A DNA stretch of 64,000 nucleotides from Vulcanimicrobiota bacterium (GCA_050250895.1 JBFWNU010000001.1:2086210-2150209); one strand, 5' to 3'. Positions 1-9,332 are shown, counted from the stretch's first letter. The notes: a model not told the origin generated them from the sequence alone. Translations and numbers: made by a program.

Positions 1-1
1 G

Positions 2-1225
2 GAGTTCGTGCAAGGCTCGGGCTCGCGCGAGTTGTCGACTACGATGGCCTTCGTGCGCATTCTCAGTCGACTACTCAAAGATAAGAACGCCGGCCAGTAT
101 GTGGTTCCGATCGTGCCGGATGAAGCCCGCACCTTCGGTATGGAGTCGCTCTTCCGCCAGTGCGGCATCTATTCCAGTGTTGGCCAACTCTACGACCCGG
201 TCGACTCGGATAGCTTGCTCTACTACAAAGAGACCAAGAACGGCCAGATTCTCGAGGAGGGCATCACCGAAGCCGGTTCGATGTCGAGCTTCATTGCCGC
301 CGGTACGGCTTACGCTACTCACGGCATTCCCACCATTCCGTTCTTCATCTTCTACTCGATGTTCGGAATGCAGCGCATCGGCGACCTGGTTTGGGCGGCT
401 GGCGATATGCGGTGCAAGGGCTTTATGCTCGGAGCCACATCGGGACGCACCACGCTCAACGGCGAGGGCTTGCAGCACCAGGACGGTCAGAGCCACTTGC
501 TGGCCTATCCCGTACCCAACCTGATGGCCTACGACCCGGCCTATGCCTACGAGCTGGCCGTGATCTTGCAAGACGGTATCCGGCGGATGTATGTCGAGGG
601 CGAAGACATCTTCTACTACATCACGGTGATGAACGAGAACTACGTTCAGCCCGACATGCCCGAGGGCTCGCGGGATGGCATCCTCAAAGGAATGTATCTG
701 CTCCGCCAGTCCAATCGCGAAGAGGCCGAGCTGCACGCCAAATTGTTGGGCAGCGGCTCGATCATGGGCGAGGTCATCCTGGCTCAAGAGATCCTCCAGG
801 ATACCTACGGCATCGCCACCGAAGTCTACAGTGTCACCTCTTATAAAGAGCTACGGCGCGAGGCTCTCGAGGCTGACCGCTACAACATGCTGCACCCTAC
901 CAGCGAGCAGCGAATCCCCTACCTTCAGGAGATGCTCGAGGATGACGTCAGTGTGATCGTGGCCGTGAGCGACTACGTCCGCGCCATTCCCGATTCGATT
1001 CGGCCCTGGTTGACCAACACCATGTTGTCGCTGGGCACCGACGGGTTTGGCCGCAGCGACACGCGCGAGGGGCTGCGCGACTTCTTCGAGATCGATTCGC
1101 GCTTTATTGTCCTGGCCACCCTGGCCGCTCTGGCCCGCCAGGGTGACATCGAGGCCGAGGTAGTCGAGCAAGCGATGCGCGATCTCGATATCAGTCCCGA
1201 CAAGGTCGATCCCACCAAAGCCTAG
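2..1225 (+). CDS. aceE: Pyruvate dehydrogenase E1 component, homodimeric type, C-terminal part (5' truncated by window edge)
   Basis: Six-frame ORF 8..1225 continues to the window start. The C-terminal E1 region is recognisable (YDPAYAYELAVIL..., transketolase-like C-domain). It sits immediately upstream of E2 and E3 genes. Confidence 0.88.
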   Translation, partial: EFVQGSGSRELSTTMAFVRILSRLLKDKNAGQYVVPIVPDEARTFGMESLFRQCGIYSSVGQLYDPVDSDSLLYYKETKNGQILEEGITEAGSMSSFIAAGTAYATHGIPTIPFFIFYSMFGMQRIGDLVWAAGDMRCKGFMLGATSGRTTLNGEGLQHQDGQSHLLAYPVPNLMAYDPAYAYELAVILQDGIRRMYVEGEDIFYYITVMNENYVQPDMPEGSRDGILKGMYLLRQSNREEAELHAKLLGSGSIMGEVILAQEILQDTYGIATEVYSVTSYKELRREALEADRYNMLHPTSEQRIPYLQEMLEDDVSVIVAVSDYVRAIPDSIRPWLTNTMLSLGTDGFGRSDTREGLRDFFEIDSRFIVLATLAALARQGDIEAEVVEQAMRDLDISPDKVDPTKA

Positions 1226-1236
1226 AGGAGGCACAG

Positions 1237-2628
1237 ATGGCATTGGAATTCAAACTGCCCGAACTGGGAGAGAACATCGAGAGCGCCGAGGTGCTTGACG
1301 TGCTGGTGTCGGTCGGCGACACCATCTCGACCGATACGCCGGTGCTCGAGATCGAGACCGACAAAGCGACCATCGAGGTCCCCTCTGACGTGAGCGGGGT
1401 GGTCAAAGAAGTGCTGGTCTCGGCCGGCCAGTCGGCCAAAGTGGGGCAGACCGTCCTGCGCCTCGAGGCCGTGGCAGGCGAGACCGGGTCAGAACCCGAG
1501 CCAGAACCCCAGGCCGAGGAAGAAGCCGAGGCGGAGCCAGAGGCCGAGCCCGAGGCGGAGTCCGAGCCCGGGACTGAGTCCGAGCCCGGGACTGAGTCCG
1601 AGCCCGAAGCAGAACCCCAGCCGGAGCCCGAGCGGACCGCCCCCACGGTGGCCAGCCTGCCGCCAACCAAGAAGCCCGGGCAGAACGGCGCTCCCGGCAC
1701 CCCGCGTAGCCTGGCCCCGGCCGCGCCTTCGACCCGCCGTCTAGCCCGGGAGATCGGGGTAGATATTAATCTGGTGCCGGGACGCGGGCCGGGGGGTCGA
1801 ATCTCGATCGACGATGTCAAGGCTTACGCCAAGACGGTCATGCGCAGCATCGGCGGCGGAACGGCGGTGGCCCAGTTGGCTCCGGCTCCCGCTCCAGCAG
1901 CCGCGGCCGTGGCTTTGCCCGATTTCTCCAAGTGGGGCGAAGTCCGGCGCGAGAAAATGAGTGGCATTCGGCGCAAGACGGCTCAGCAAATGAGCCTGGC
2001 CTGGACCACCATTCCGCAGGTGACCCAGTTCGACAAAGCCGATATCACCGCGCTCGAGGCGCTGCGTAAGCAGATCAACCAGAGTTCCGAGGCCAAGGTC
2101 ACGGTGACCGCCATCTTGCTCAAAGTGATGGGCTCGGCTCTCAAGAAGTTTCCCAACTTCAACGCCTCCATCGATCTGGCCAGCGAAGAGATCGTCTATA
2201 AAGACTTCTATAACATCGGCGTGGCAGTGGACACCGAGCGAGGCCTGCTGGTGCCGGTGGTTCACGACGTGGTCGGGCGCAACATCGCCGAACTCGCCGG
2301 CGAGCTCAACAACATTGCCGAAAAGGCCCGCAACCGCAAGATCGGTCCCGACGACCTGCAAGGCTCGTGCATCACCATTACCAACCTGGGGGGCATCGGT
2401 GGATACGCCTTTTCCCCCATCGTCAATCCGCCCGAGGTGGCCATTCTGGGGGTGGCCCGAGCCAGTATGGAGCCCGTTTTTGGTGACGGGCGCTTCAGGG
2501 CTCGGTTGATGATGCCGCTGTGTCTGAGTTACGACCACCGGCTGATCGACGGCGCCGATGCCGCGCGTTTCTTGCGCTGGATCTGTGAAGCGCTGGAAAA
2601 TCCGGCCTTGCTGGCCTTCGAGGGGTAA
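1237..2628 (+). CDS. aceF: Dihydrolipoamide acetyltransferase (PDH E2)
   Basis: N-terminal lipoyl domain (IETDKATIEVPS), a Glu/Pro/Ala-rich flexible linker, an E3-binding domain, and the C-terminal catalytic motif DHRLIDG. RBS GAGGAGG sits upstream at about 1224-1230. Confidence 0.92.
   Translation: MALEFKLPELGENIESAEVLDVLVSVGDTISTDTPVLEIETDKATIEVPSDVSGVVKEVLVSAGQSAKVGQTVLRLEAVAGETGSEPEPEPQAEEEAEAEPEAEPEAESEPGTESEPGTESEPEAEPQPEPERTAPTVASLPPTKKPGQNGAPGTPRSLAPAAPSTRRLAREIGVDINLVPGRGPGGRISIDDVKAYAKTVMRSIGGGTAVAQLAPAPAPAAAAVALPDFSKWGEVRREKMSGIRRKTAQQMSLAWTTIPQVTQFDKADITALEALRKQINQSSEAKVTVTAILLKVMGSALKKFPNFNASIDLASEEIVYKDFYNIGVAVDTERGLLVPVVHDVVGRNIAELAGELNNIAEKARNRKIGPDDLQGSCITITNLGGIGGYAFSPIVNPPEVAILGVARASMEPVFGDGRFRARLMMPLCLSYDHRLIDGADAARFLRWICEALENPALLAFEG
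1561..1606. repeat. In-frame 18-bp tandem repeat (TCCGAGCCCGGGACTGAG, about 2.5 copies) inside the aceF linker, encoding (SEPGTE)n
   Basis: Perfect direct repetition is visible in the sequence at 1561-1578 and 1579-1596, with a partial copy following. Confidence 0.85.
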
Positions 2629-2630
2629 CT

Positions 2631-4031
2631 ATGAGCGAGAAGAATACCAATGTGCTGGTCCTGGGCGGCGGCCCGGGAGGATACGCTGCGGCCTTCATGG
2701 CCGCCGACCTGGGTCTGGACGTTACTCTGGTCGACCAGGCCGAGAATCCGGGCGGAGTTTGTCTCTATCGGGGTTGCATTCCCTCAAAGGCGTTGTTGCA
2801 CGCGGCCAAGGTGATCACCGAGGCCCGCGAGGCGGCCGAGATCGGCCTCGATTTCGGGACTCCCAAGATCGACCGTGACAAGCTGGCTGGCTGGAAAGAA
2901 AAGGTCGTTCAGCAGCTCACCGGCGGGTTGGGTCAGTTGCGTAAGGCTCGTAAAGTCGAGTTTCTTCAGGGCACGGGCAAGTTCGTCGACGCCAATACCC
3001 TCGAAGTCGAAGGTGAGGGCCGAGTGCGGTTTCAACATGCCATCATCGCCACCGGCTCGCGGCCCATCGTGCCCGGCCCTTTGCAACTTGACTCGCCCAA
3101 GGTGATGGACTCGACCGCCGCGCTGGTGCTCGAAGATATCCCCGAACGGCTGCTGGTCATCGGTGGCGGCTATATCGGGCTCGAGCTGGGCACCGTCTAT
3201 TCGGCCCTGGGCAGCCAGGTGACCGTGGTCGAGATGATGGACGGGTTGCTGCCGGGGGCCGACCGCGATCTGGTGAAGGTGCTCGAGAAACGGGTTCGCT
3301 CTCTTTTCTCGGAGGTTCTGCTGAAAACCCGCGTGACCGACATCGTCGAGACCCTGCGTGGCCTCAAGGTGTCGATGGAGCCTGAGCGAGAAGAGATCTA
3401 CGACAAAGTGCTGGTGTCGGTAGGGCGACGTCCGAACACCGAAGGGTTCGGCCTGGAGAATACCGGCGTCAAGCTCGATGAGCACGGCTTCGTAGCCATC
3501 GACCGCCAGTGCCGCACCAACGTCGAGCATATCTATGCCATCGGCGATGTGTCCGGGCAGCCCATGCTGGCGCACCGGGCCAGCCATCAGGGGCGTTTGG
3601 CTGCCCAGGTGATCAACGGGTCCAAGGCGATTTTCGATCCCCACGCCATCCCTGCCGTGGTCTTCACCGACCCCGAGCTGGCCTGGTGTGGCTTGACCGA
3701 AGAAGAGGCTGCTCAGAAGGGGATCGAGATCGAGGTGGCTCGCTTCCCCTGGGGGGCCAGCGGGCGCGCTTTAACTCTCGGTCGCGGTGAGGGTCTGACC
3801 AAGTTGATACTCGAGCCGCGCACTGAGCGCGTTCTGGGAATGGGTATCGTGGGTCCCGGGGCCGGCGAACTCATCGCCGAGGGAGCCCTGGCTGTCGAGA
3901 TGGCGGCTGTGGCTGAAGACCTGGCCCTGACCATTCACGCCCATCCGACTCTGTCCGAGACGGTGATGGAATCGGCCGAGGTGTTCTTCGGCACCAGCAC
4001 CCATGTGGCTCGCCCCAAATCCAAGCGCTGA
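2631..4031 (+). CDS. lpdA: Dihydrolipoyl dehydrogenase (E3)
   Basis: FAD-binding GGGPGGY motif, redox-active disulfide motif CLYRGCIPSK, and the C-terminal dimerisation His/Glu region. It starts 3 nt after the aceF stop. Confidence 0.92.
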   Translation: MSEKNTNVLVLGGGPGGYAAAFMAADLGLDVTLVDQAENPGGVCLYRGCIPSKALLHAAKVITEAREAAEIGLDFGTPKIDRDKLAGWKEKVVQQLTGGLGQLRKARKVEFLQGTGKFVDANTLEVEGEGRVRFQHAIIATGSRPIVPGPLQLDSPKVMDSTAALVLEDIPERLLVIGGGYIGLELGTVYSALGSQVTVVEMMDGLLPGADRDLVKVLEKRVRSLFSEVLLKTRVTDIVETLRGLKVSMEPEREEIYDKVLVSVGRRPNTEGFGLENTGVKLDEHGFVAIDRQCRTNVEHIYAIGDVSGQPMLAHRASHQGRLAAQVINGSKAIFDPHAIPAVVFTDPELAWCGLTEEEAAQKGIEIEVARFPWGASGRALTLGRGEGLTKLILEPRTERVLGMGIVGPGAGELIAEGALAVEMAAVAEDLALTIHAHPTLSETVMESAEVFFGTSTHVARPKSKR

Positions 4032-4032
4032 G

Positions 4033-4578
4033 ATGGAGCTGCGAGCCGGTCCCGATTTGCGGCTGGCGCCCGTGCGCCTTCACGACGCAGACGAGATGTT
4101 CGAGCTGGTCGAGCGCTATCGCGAGAGCCTGGAACCCTGGTTGTGGTGGGTCGAGACCACCCGTTCGGTGGAAGACACCAAGTTCTTCATCGCCTCGCTC
4201 AAGAAGGTGGGCATTTACGAACAAGGCCTGGTTTTCGCCATTCGCCATCGTCGCGAGTTTGCCGGGACGGTCGGGTTTCACAACGGCAATGGTGCCCATA
4301 TGCGGGCCGAGATCGGCTATTGGCTGGCCCCGCCCTTCGAGGGTCGCGGAGTGATGACCAAAAGCTGTCTGGCCTGTCTGGAGTATGCTTTCGGCAAGGT
4401 TGGCGTCCATCGCATCGAATTGCGCACCCGGGCCGAGAATGAACGCAGCGTGGCCATGGCCATCCGTCTGGGTTTCTCGTTTGAAGGCGTCGAGCGAGAA
4501 GGGCTGCGCCGAGGCAAAGAGTTTCACGATCACAATGTCTACAGCCTGCTCAAACCCGAGTGGGAGGCGCGCGCGTGA
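4033..4578 (+). CDS. GNAT family N-acetyltransferase (RimJ/RimL-like)
   Basis: An ATG lies 1 nt after the lpd stop. GNAT-type C-terminal region (HRIELRTRAENERSVAMAIRLGFSFEG). The longer ORF 4003..4578 overlaps lpd, so I chose the internal ATG at 4033. Confidence 0.78.
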   Translation: MELRAGPDLRLAPVRLHDADEMFELVERYRESLEPWLWWVETTRSVEDTKFFIASLKKVGIYEQGLVFAIRHRREFAGTVGFHNGNGAHMRAEIGYWLAPPFEGRGVMTKSCLACLEYAFGKVGVHRIELRTRAENERSVAMAIRLGFSFEGVEREGLRRGKEFHDHNVYSLLKPEWEARA

Positions 4579-5189
4579 GACGGGTCTGGCTACTGCTGTG
4601 GCTGCTGCTGCCGCTGGCGGTGACGGCTGCCGGCGAACCCGGTTGCGATTGTGATCCGGCCCTGATTCATCTGTGCCGCTGCAAGGTGTTGATCACCACC
4701 CCGGTGGCTCGCAAGCAGATGGCCTACATCCAGCGGGTGCTGGCTCGTCAGTTCGATGGCCGGCTCAGCCTCGGCCACCCCATCGAAGTCGAGGTCAGCC
4801 CGGCCGACCAGCTCAAGACAGTGGTGGGTGAGCATCTGCAGGGGCTCTATGACGACGGCAAGGTCTGGGTCAGCGACAGCTTGATCCGGGAGGAGGCGAT
4901 GATGGTGCTGGCCCACGAGTACGGTCACGCCTGGCATTTCGAACACCACCCCGACCCCGACCGCATCTCGGATCAGCTGGCCGAGGGATTCGCCGAATGG
5001 GTAGCCTTTCACGCTCTGGCGCCAGCCGGATTCACCGACTTCTGCGACCGTATCAAGCGCAGTCCTGACCCCATTTACGGCGGAGGGTTCCGCTTCTATT
5101 ACCGAGTCGAGCAGCAATTTGGCTCGGAGGCGGTCTTTAACATCGCCCAGACCTGGCTGGACATGGAAGGGCACAAGGTCGACGGCTAG
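4560..5189 (+). CDS. Secreted HExxH protein, putative peptidase MA-like metallopeptidase
   Basis: GTG start overlapping the GNAT stop. Hydrophobic signal-like N-terminus (VWLLLWLLLPLAVTAAG) and an HEYGH zinc-binding-like motif. Confidence 0.5.
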   Translation: MGGARVRRVWLLLWLLLPLAVTAAGEPGCDCDPALIHLCRCKVLITTPVARKQMAYIQRVLARQFDGRLSLGHPIEVEVSPADQLKTVVGEHLQGLYDDGKVWVSDSLIREEAMMVLAHEYGHAWHFEHHPDPDRISDQLAEGFAEWVAFHALAPAGFTDFCDRIKRSPDPIYGGGFRFYYRVEQQFGSEAVFNIAQTWLDMEGHKVDG

Positions 5190-5497
5190 GACTGAAGGAT
5201 GTCGCGCAGTCTACGCTTGATATCATCGAGTTCACCCTGGACGCGATCGATCGAGAACATCAGTTCACGCACCAGATGTTCGTCTACCTGGGCCGGGTCG
5301 TCGCGAAAGAAATACGACTCGGGTTTCTTTAGTACAACGCAAATGCGCTCCATGCTCTTGCGGCTGGGGCGATGGGCGCCGTACTCCCAACGTTGGACGG
5401 TATGCTCAGAGTTGTGGCCCAGCAGTTTGGCTAACTCGATTTGAGTCAGCCCGGCTTCTAACCGAGCCTTCTTCAGATTCTCTGAGAAGTCTGCCAT
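5186..5497 (-). CDS. XRE-family helix-turn-helix transcriptional regulator
   Basis: N-terminal HTH_XRE signature (LKKARLEAGLTQIELAKLLGHNSEHTVQRWEYG). It is convergent with the previous gene; the two stop codons overlap in a CTAG tetranucleotide. Confidence 0.8.
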   Translation of the reverse strand: MADFSENLKKARLEAGLTQIELAKLLGHNSEHTVQRWEYGAHRPSRKSMERICVVLKKPESYFFRDDPAQVDEHLVRELMFSIDRVQGELDDIKRRLRDILQS

Positions 5498-5581
5498 GCT
5501 TTCGATAATCTTGAGTCCTTCTCGGCAAAAACTTGAATTCCCCCTGAGAGGGCAAGAGGTTGGGCTGCCGAAGGGCGCGGG

Positions 5582-7060
5582 GTGAACGAACTTCCCGACC
5601 TGGTTCTGCCTGACGACGACGACCTGCTCGACGCCCTCAAGGCAATACCCGCCGCCCTCTCGGGCTATGGCTATAATGAGGTGAACATCCGCGAGTTGCT
5701 GGGGGTGGGCGACCCCGGACAGTTGCTCTCGGACAACATCCCCGGTTATCTGTGGCGATGCCAGAAGGCGAATTCGGTCCTGGCCCTTTTGGTGGCCTTC
5801 TTCCTGTTACACCAGCCTGTGCGCCGAGCTTCGCTGGAAGAGTATCTGGGGGACGAAGAGGTGGCAGCCCTGATTGCGGCGGGCGTGGTAGTGGATGATG
5901 GCGAGGCCGTGCGCTCCACCGTGGACCTCTACCCGATCTTTGGGCGCTACGTGTTCACCGACCCGGTGCTGGCTCGCCAACAGTCCGAGGGCCACGTTTA
6001 CGAATTAGGAGCCGACAGCTACGCCATCGCCAGGGTCACTCCCCGCAAGCGGGTGCTGCGAACCCTCGACCTGTGTACCGGTTCGGGGGTGCACGCCATC
6101 CTGGCCGGAGGCCACTCGGAAGAAGTGGTGGGCGTCGACATCAATCCTCGGGCCCTGGCTTACTCGCGTCTCAACGCCCACATGAACGGGGTGGCCGAGA
6201 GTTGCACTTTCGTGGAGGGAGATCTCTTCGCTCCCGTTCCCCAGGCCAGGTACGACCTTATCACCGTCAATCCGCCCTTCGTGCCCAGTCCTGACCGCAC
6301 GGTGGCTATCCATCGTAGTCCGGGCGAGACGGGCGAAGAGGTCTCGTCGCGCCTGGTGGCGGCCCTGCCCGAATACCTGGCCGTCGGTGGTCTTTTTTCG
6401 ATGGTGCTCGATTATCCGGTGATGAGGGACAGCACCTATCTCGAGCGATTGGGCGAATGGCTCGGAGAGTCTCACGGTTGGGGTATCGCCATTCTTGATT
6501 TCGGAGCCGTGCCCAACGAGAAGTATATCCTTGGTCACCTCGATTTCAACGTGGGTTGGAGCAATTTTCAAGAGACTTTTCAGCAGTATCTCGAATCCTA
6601 CGAGCGACTGGGCATCACCTCGGTGGGGTTCGCCAACGTCTTCATCAAGCGTCTGACCGACAACACCCCCACCTGGGGCCACCGGTTCTCGACCCGGGTG
6701 CCCAGTGTATTTCTGTGCGACCGGGTCGAAGAGTGGCTCGACGGGCTCGAAGACTATGGCAATCCTGATTGGGATCCCGACTGGGAGTTTTGGAAGCCCA
6801 GACTCAGCCCCCACTACAGCACGCTCTGGCGCGATTCGAAGAAAAAGCGCGGTCTGCTCGAATCGAGCGACCTCAATTGGTGCCAGCCGTTGGCCCTGGA
6901 TCGCCTTCAGGCCATGCTGGCGGCCCGGCTCGACGGCAAGAAGACTGGTGAAGAGCTGGTGCAGGGATGGGCCAAAAGCCGCCGGCTCGACCTCGACGCG
7001 GCTCGCCGCGAGGTGGTCGAGATTCTGAGATTTCTAGGATGTCAAGGCGCGCTCAACTGA
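5582..7060 (+). CDS. Class I SAM-dependent methyltransferase (HemK/small-MTase-like NPPF motif) fused to a C-terminal PqqD-like peptide-binding (RRE-like) domain
   Basis: Motif I DLCTGSGVHAIL and motif IV ITVNPPFVP. The last roughly 70 aa (LDRLQAMLAARLDGKKTGEELVQGW...ARREVVEILRFLGCQGAL) resemble the PqqD/RRE fold consensus. The PqqD call is an inference. Confidence 0.72.
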   Translation: MNELPDLVLPDDDDLLDALKAIPAALSGYGYNEVNIRELLGVGDPGQLLSDNIPGYLWRCQKANSVLALLVAFFLLHQPVRRASLEEYLGDEEVAALIAAGVVVDDGEAVRSTVDLYPIFGRYVFTDPVLARQQSEGHVYELGADSYAIARVTPRKRVLRTLDLCTGSGVHAILAGGHSEEVVGVDINPRALAYSRLNAHMNGVAESCTFVEGDLFAPVPQARYDLITVNPPFVPSPDRTVAIHRSPGETGEEVSSRLVAALPEYLAVGGLFSMVLDYPVMRDSTYLERLGEWLGESHGWGIAILDFGAVPNEKYILGHLDFNVGWSNFQETFQQYLESYERLGITSVGFANVFIKRLTDNTPTWGHRFSTRVPSVFLCDRVEEWLDGLEDYGNPDWDPDWEFWKPRLSPHYSTLWRDSKKKRGLLESSDLNWCQPLALDRLQAMLAARLDGKKTGEELVQGWAKSRRLDLDAARREVVEILRFLGCQGALN

Positions 7061-7392
7061 CATTGTGCTGGCTGCTGGGCGCCATGGCCCTGGCCTGGTG
7101 GGTGGGGCGGCCGACGCCGTGTGGCTGCGAGCAGGACGAATTCTGCGGAACGACCCCCGCTCCCGTGATGGCCTGCTGTCACCACGACGGCTCGCTGTGC
7201 GCCGTGCATGGCTGCCAGCCGGTGGTGGAATGCGCCGACGCGCCCGCCCCACCCCAGCTTGCCTATGTTCTTCCCGCCGACTCCGAGCAGGCACCTCGGG
7301 CCTGGACTCGAGGAGCCTTCCCCTCGGCCTCGACCCGGCTGGGTCAGGTCTACACAACCCCTCCGACGCCCCCTCCTGAGAGCTGGCTCTAG
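7036..7392 (+). CDS. Small Cys-rich secreted protein with Tat-like N-terminus (MSRRAQLTL...), nine Cys in about 45 residues
   Basis: The ATG overlaps the last 25 nt of the upstream MTase. Signal-like n-region with RR followed by a hydrophobic stretch, then CGCEQDEFCG...ACCHHDGSLCAVHGCQPVVEC. The Pro-rich tail argues against a spurious GC-frame ORF only weakly. Confidence 0.45.
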   Translation, partial: RMSRRAQLTLCWLLGAMALAWWVGRPTPCGCEQDEFCGTTPAPVMACCHHDGSLCAVHGCQPVVECADAPAPPQLAYVLPADSEQAPRAWTRGAFPSASTRLGQVYTTPPTPPPESWL

Positions 7393-7428
7393 CCAGCCTA
7401 ACGACCCAAATCATATCAGGAGGTAACT

Positions 7429-8415
7429 ATGCTTTCGAGATGGCTCTTGCCATGCTTGTTCTTTATTTTCATGGGGACGGCTCTGGCCGACGACGAACCG
7501 GTCAGCCGCCCCGACAGCCACGCGCCCATCGGAGTGATGGGCGACCACCGCCACCGCGAGGGGGAGTGGATGGTGTCCTACCGTTACATGACCATGCGGA
7601 TGAACGGCAGCCTCAACGGCTCGTCGTCCATCTCGAATCGTGACGTTCTCAGAGGCTATATGGTCACGCCCACCAGGATGACCATGGACATGCACATGCT
7701 GGGCATGATGACCGCTCCCAGCGACGACGTGACCGTCATGGTCATGCTGCCCTTCGTGCACAAGTCGATGACCCACCTGGCCCGTAACGGCCGCACCTTC
7801 ACCACCAGCGCCAACGGCGTCGGCGACATGCAAGTGAGTGCGCTGGTCGGCCTGTGGGATGAAGAGGATCAGCACCTGCACTTCAAGGCCGGGCTGAGTC
7901 TACCCACCGGAACCATCTCGGCGCGTGACGACACGCCAGCCGGGCCCAACCAGATCTTGCCCTATCCCATGCAGTTGGGCTCGGGCACCTTTGATCTGGT
8001 GCCAGGCGTCACTTATACCGGCCAGAGCGACGATTGGTCCTGGGGCGCTCAGCTTCAGGGTACGGTGCGGCTGGGCGAGAACCATCGTGGCTACAAGCTC
8101 GGTAACGTGGGCGAGTTGTCGCTATGGGGGGCTCATCGTTGGAACGACAACGTCAGCACGTCGCTGCGCCTGTACGGAACCACCTGGGGTGACATCTCGG
8201 GGCGTGACTCGGCCCTCAATCCCCGCATGATTCCCACCGCCGACCCCAATCTGCGGGCCGGCAGCCGACTGGACGCGCTGGTGGGTGTGAACGTGCTCAC
8301 CGGCGGCGGCCATCGCCTGAGTGTCGAGGCCGGGCTGCCGGTGGCTCAATCGCTGGACGGCCCCCAGCTCAAGACCGATTATACGGTCACGGCCGGTTGG
8401 CAGTTCAGCTTCTAA
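7429..8415 (+). CDS. Outer-membrane beta-barrel protein with Met/His-rich N-terminal segment (putative metal, possibly copper, associated porin; MetA-pathway/CopB-like)
   Basis: Good RBS (AGGAGG) upstream. Signal peptide ending ALA. Met/His-rich run (MTMDMHMLGMMTAP, HRHREGEWM). Alternating-hydrophobic strands and a C-terminal ...GWQFSF ending in Phe, which is the classical OMP signature. Confidence 0.7.
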   Translation: MLSRWLLPCLFFIFMGTALADDEPVSRPDSHAPIGVMGDHRHREGEWMVSYRYMTMRMNGSLNGSSSISNRDVLRGYMVTPTRMTMDMHMLGMMTAPSDDVTVMVMLPFVHKSMTHLARNGRTFTTSANGVGDMQVSALVGLWDEEDQHLHFKAGLSLPTGTISARDDTPAGPNQILPYPMQLGSGTFDLVPGVTYTGQSDDWSWGAQLQGTVRLGENHRGYKLGNVGELSLWGAHRWNDNVSTSLRLYGTTWGDISGRDSALNPRMIPTADPNLRAGSRLDALVGVNVLTGGGHRLSVEAGLPVAQSLDGPQLKTDYTVTAGWQFSF

Positions 8416-8460
8416 GGGCCTGTAGGGCCGCCCGGGCCGTCCAACGAATCTTCTGGGGCA

Positions 8461-9051
8461 ATGGACCCCGGTCTTTACTACCCCGAAGAGATGGGACGGC
8501 CCGAGGTGGCCCGCATTCGCGCGCACTATTCCACCCTCGACACGCGGGCCTTGCACGACGCCAGCCGCGACCGCTTCACCCAGACCGGCGGCAGCTTCTA
8601 TCACGGCGACACCTGGGCCCCGACCTTCTATCGGTTATTGAGTTGGGCCGGCTTGAACTCGGACGATGTCTTCTATGACCTGGGTTGCGGCTGCGGTGAG
8701 CCGACCCTGACAGCTTCTTTGTTCACGCCGCAGGCCCAGGGACTGGACCTTTTGCCCGGACTGGTTCGCATCGCCGAGGCCTCGGCTCGTAACCTGGAAT
8801 TGGCGGCCAGCTTTGCGGTGGGAGATATGCTGGGGGCCGATTTGAGTTCAGCCACCTTGATCTATGTGGCGGCCACAACCTTCGATCGCTGGCATCGTCA
8901 GCAGCTGGTGCGTCGCCTCAAGCCGCTCACTCAGGCCCGTTTTTTGGTGCAAGGTCCTCCGCTGGAAGGTCTGCCGGTGGTGGCGGTGGCCAAAGAGTGG
9001 GTCTTCTGGGGTGAGCCCACTCCGTGTCGTTTTGCTCTTCAGACCTGCTGA
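8461..9051 (+). CDS. Small class I SAM-dependent methyltransferase
   Basis: Motif I-like DLGCGCGEPTL and a Rossmann-like alternation of hydrophobic strands. Confidence 0.65.
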   Translation: MDPGLYYPEEMGRPEVARIRAHYSTLDTRALHDASRDRFTQTGGSFYHGDTWAPTFYRLLSWAGLNSDDVFYDLGCGCGEPTLTASLFTPQAQGLDLLPGLVRIAEASARNLELAASFAVGDMLGADLSSATLIYVAATTFDRWHRQQLVRRLKPLTQARFLVQGPPLEGLPVVAVAKEWVFWGEPTPCRFALQTC

Positions 9052-9113
9052 AGTTTCAAAGATCTTTCAGGCAGCTGGGTCATACTGTTGAAAACAAAGA
9101 CCAGGAGTAACCA

Positions 9114-9332
9114 ATGCAAGTCCGTCATCTCGCCACCTCCCACGCCGCTACCCACCAGCAGCCCGCCAAGCAAGCCGAAGGCGAACCCCGTGACCCTCAG
9201 GACCGGGTGGAACTCGGCACCCACCGCGACGAAGATTTTTGGGCCCAGCAGCTGCGCGAACTCAAAGAGCGCTATCCCAACGGCATGACCGCTCACGACC
9301 AGCGCGTTTTCCTGACACAAATGTTCGACTAG
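9114..9332 (+). CDS. Small hypothetical protein (72 aa)
   Basis: Strong RBS (AGGAG 9 nt upstream of the ATG). No recognisable motif. Confidence 0.4.
   Translation: MQVRHLATSHAATHQQPAKQAEGEPRDPQDRVELGTHRDEDFWAQQLRELKERYPNGMTAHDQRVFLTQMFD

Noticed and set aside
8122-8604. 160-aa minus-strand ORF overlapping the outer-membrane barrel gene end and a 45-nt gap
   Set aside because: Antisense to a gene with a strong OMP signature. Composition is Gly/Ala/Val/Arg-rich.
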